A DNA stretch of 64,000 bases from Eremomyces bilateralis CBS 781.70. Its lineage: Eukaryota. The stretch lies in NCBI GenBank assembly GCA_010015585.1, contig ML975149.1; one strand, 5' to 3'. Under the pieces are notes generated by a model. It searched no databases and was not told the origin of the DNA. It saw only the letters and a program-made list of their open reading frames with translations. Shown in pieces: positions 63,319 to 64,000 of this stretch; the stretch's first letter is position 1, and the number at the start of each line of letters is the position of its first letter. The position numbers and the translations under genes were made by a program.

Positions 63319-64000
63319 GTCTTCAAAGGTAATTGATAAATTGACAGTCAAACGTGTTCACAACTGGCGCTTGATATTTTGTGTCTCATCTTGACTCCCA
63401 TCCAAAGTCCAGCGAAGCGTCCACCCCTTTATACATCATTTGATCGACGGAGATGACGATGCTCGGCTTTCCGCAGAACCATAGATCAGTAAGCGACATA
63501 TTCCGACGGAGAAAACCTCTCTGCATTGCAGGGTCTTTGCAGAAGGATCCCTGCTTTCTAGTATTGTGTCCAGCAGGCCACGTATCCGCGCGCGGATAAA
63601 CATTTGAAATTGATCCTAACTAACTTAGCACGCGCCAATCTTAATAATTCAGCCTGGGGACGTGGCGGAGAATGCCATACAGGCATTTTGACATTGCAGC
63701 TCATAGGCAGACGGAATTGGAATATATTACTCAAACCCGGTCCAAACCTTTGAAAACCCTGAGCAAAATACCATTCGTCGGAAATGCAAAGCCGTGGCCG
63801 AAATCCAGGAAGGTATTCGGGGAAAATGCGCAGTTCGGTCTGAGTTGAGTTTTGCGCGCTCGCGTTCTTCGCCCTATTACCCTTTTCGGCAACGCCCTTT
63901 AGCCTTGTCGACTCGAGTCGGCAGTATCGAAGAACGCCGGCGCGAAACCCCCGCTCAGGCCGAACTATGCATTTTCGCCGGATACCTTCCCAGATTTCGG

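Overview
This is eukaryotic DNA from a filamentous ascomycete (Pezizomycotina). Genes have short GT-AG introns with CTRAC/CTAAT branch points, and there is one 75-N assembly gap at 31024-31098. Gene models were spliced by hand from the ORF track, so coordinates are outer CDS bounds. Core genes: GOS1 (partial) head-to-head with RPL35, an amino acid permease, ERB1, a SUZ-domain protein, DPB4, the MAPKKK SSK2, CUS2/TAT-SF1, GLE1 and a Cys-rich/TM/SH3 receptor-like protein. Secreted, transport and metabolic genes: AA9 LPMO, CE8 pectinesterase, GH17, two MFS pumps, an SDR and an alpha/beta hydrolase. Two blocks look accessory. About 17-23 kb holds a DUF6590-like gene with a PemK/MazF-like motif pattern, an orphan and a CorA-like pseudogene. 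About 47-62 kb holds a CorA-like gene with a MITE in its intron, a spliced Zn-finger microgene, DUF6589/hAT/Tc1 relics, an atypical kinase, a large orphan pseudogene and four small inverted-repeat elements within 1.4 kb. I saw no tRNA, rRNA or CRISPR array. No new system is proven. The best leads are the putative MazF-like fungal RNase locus, the MITE insertion hotspot, the intronic hairpin and the SH3 receptor.
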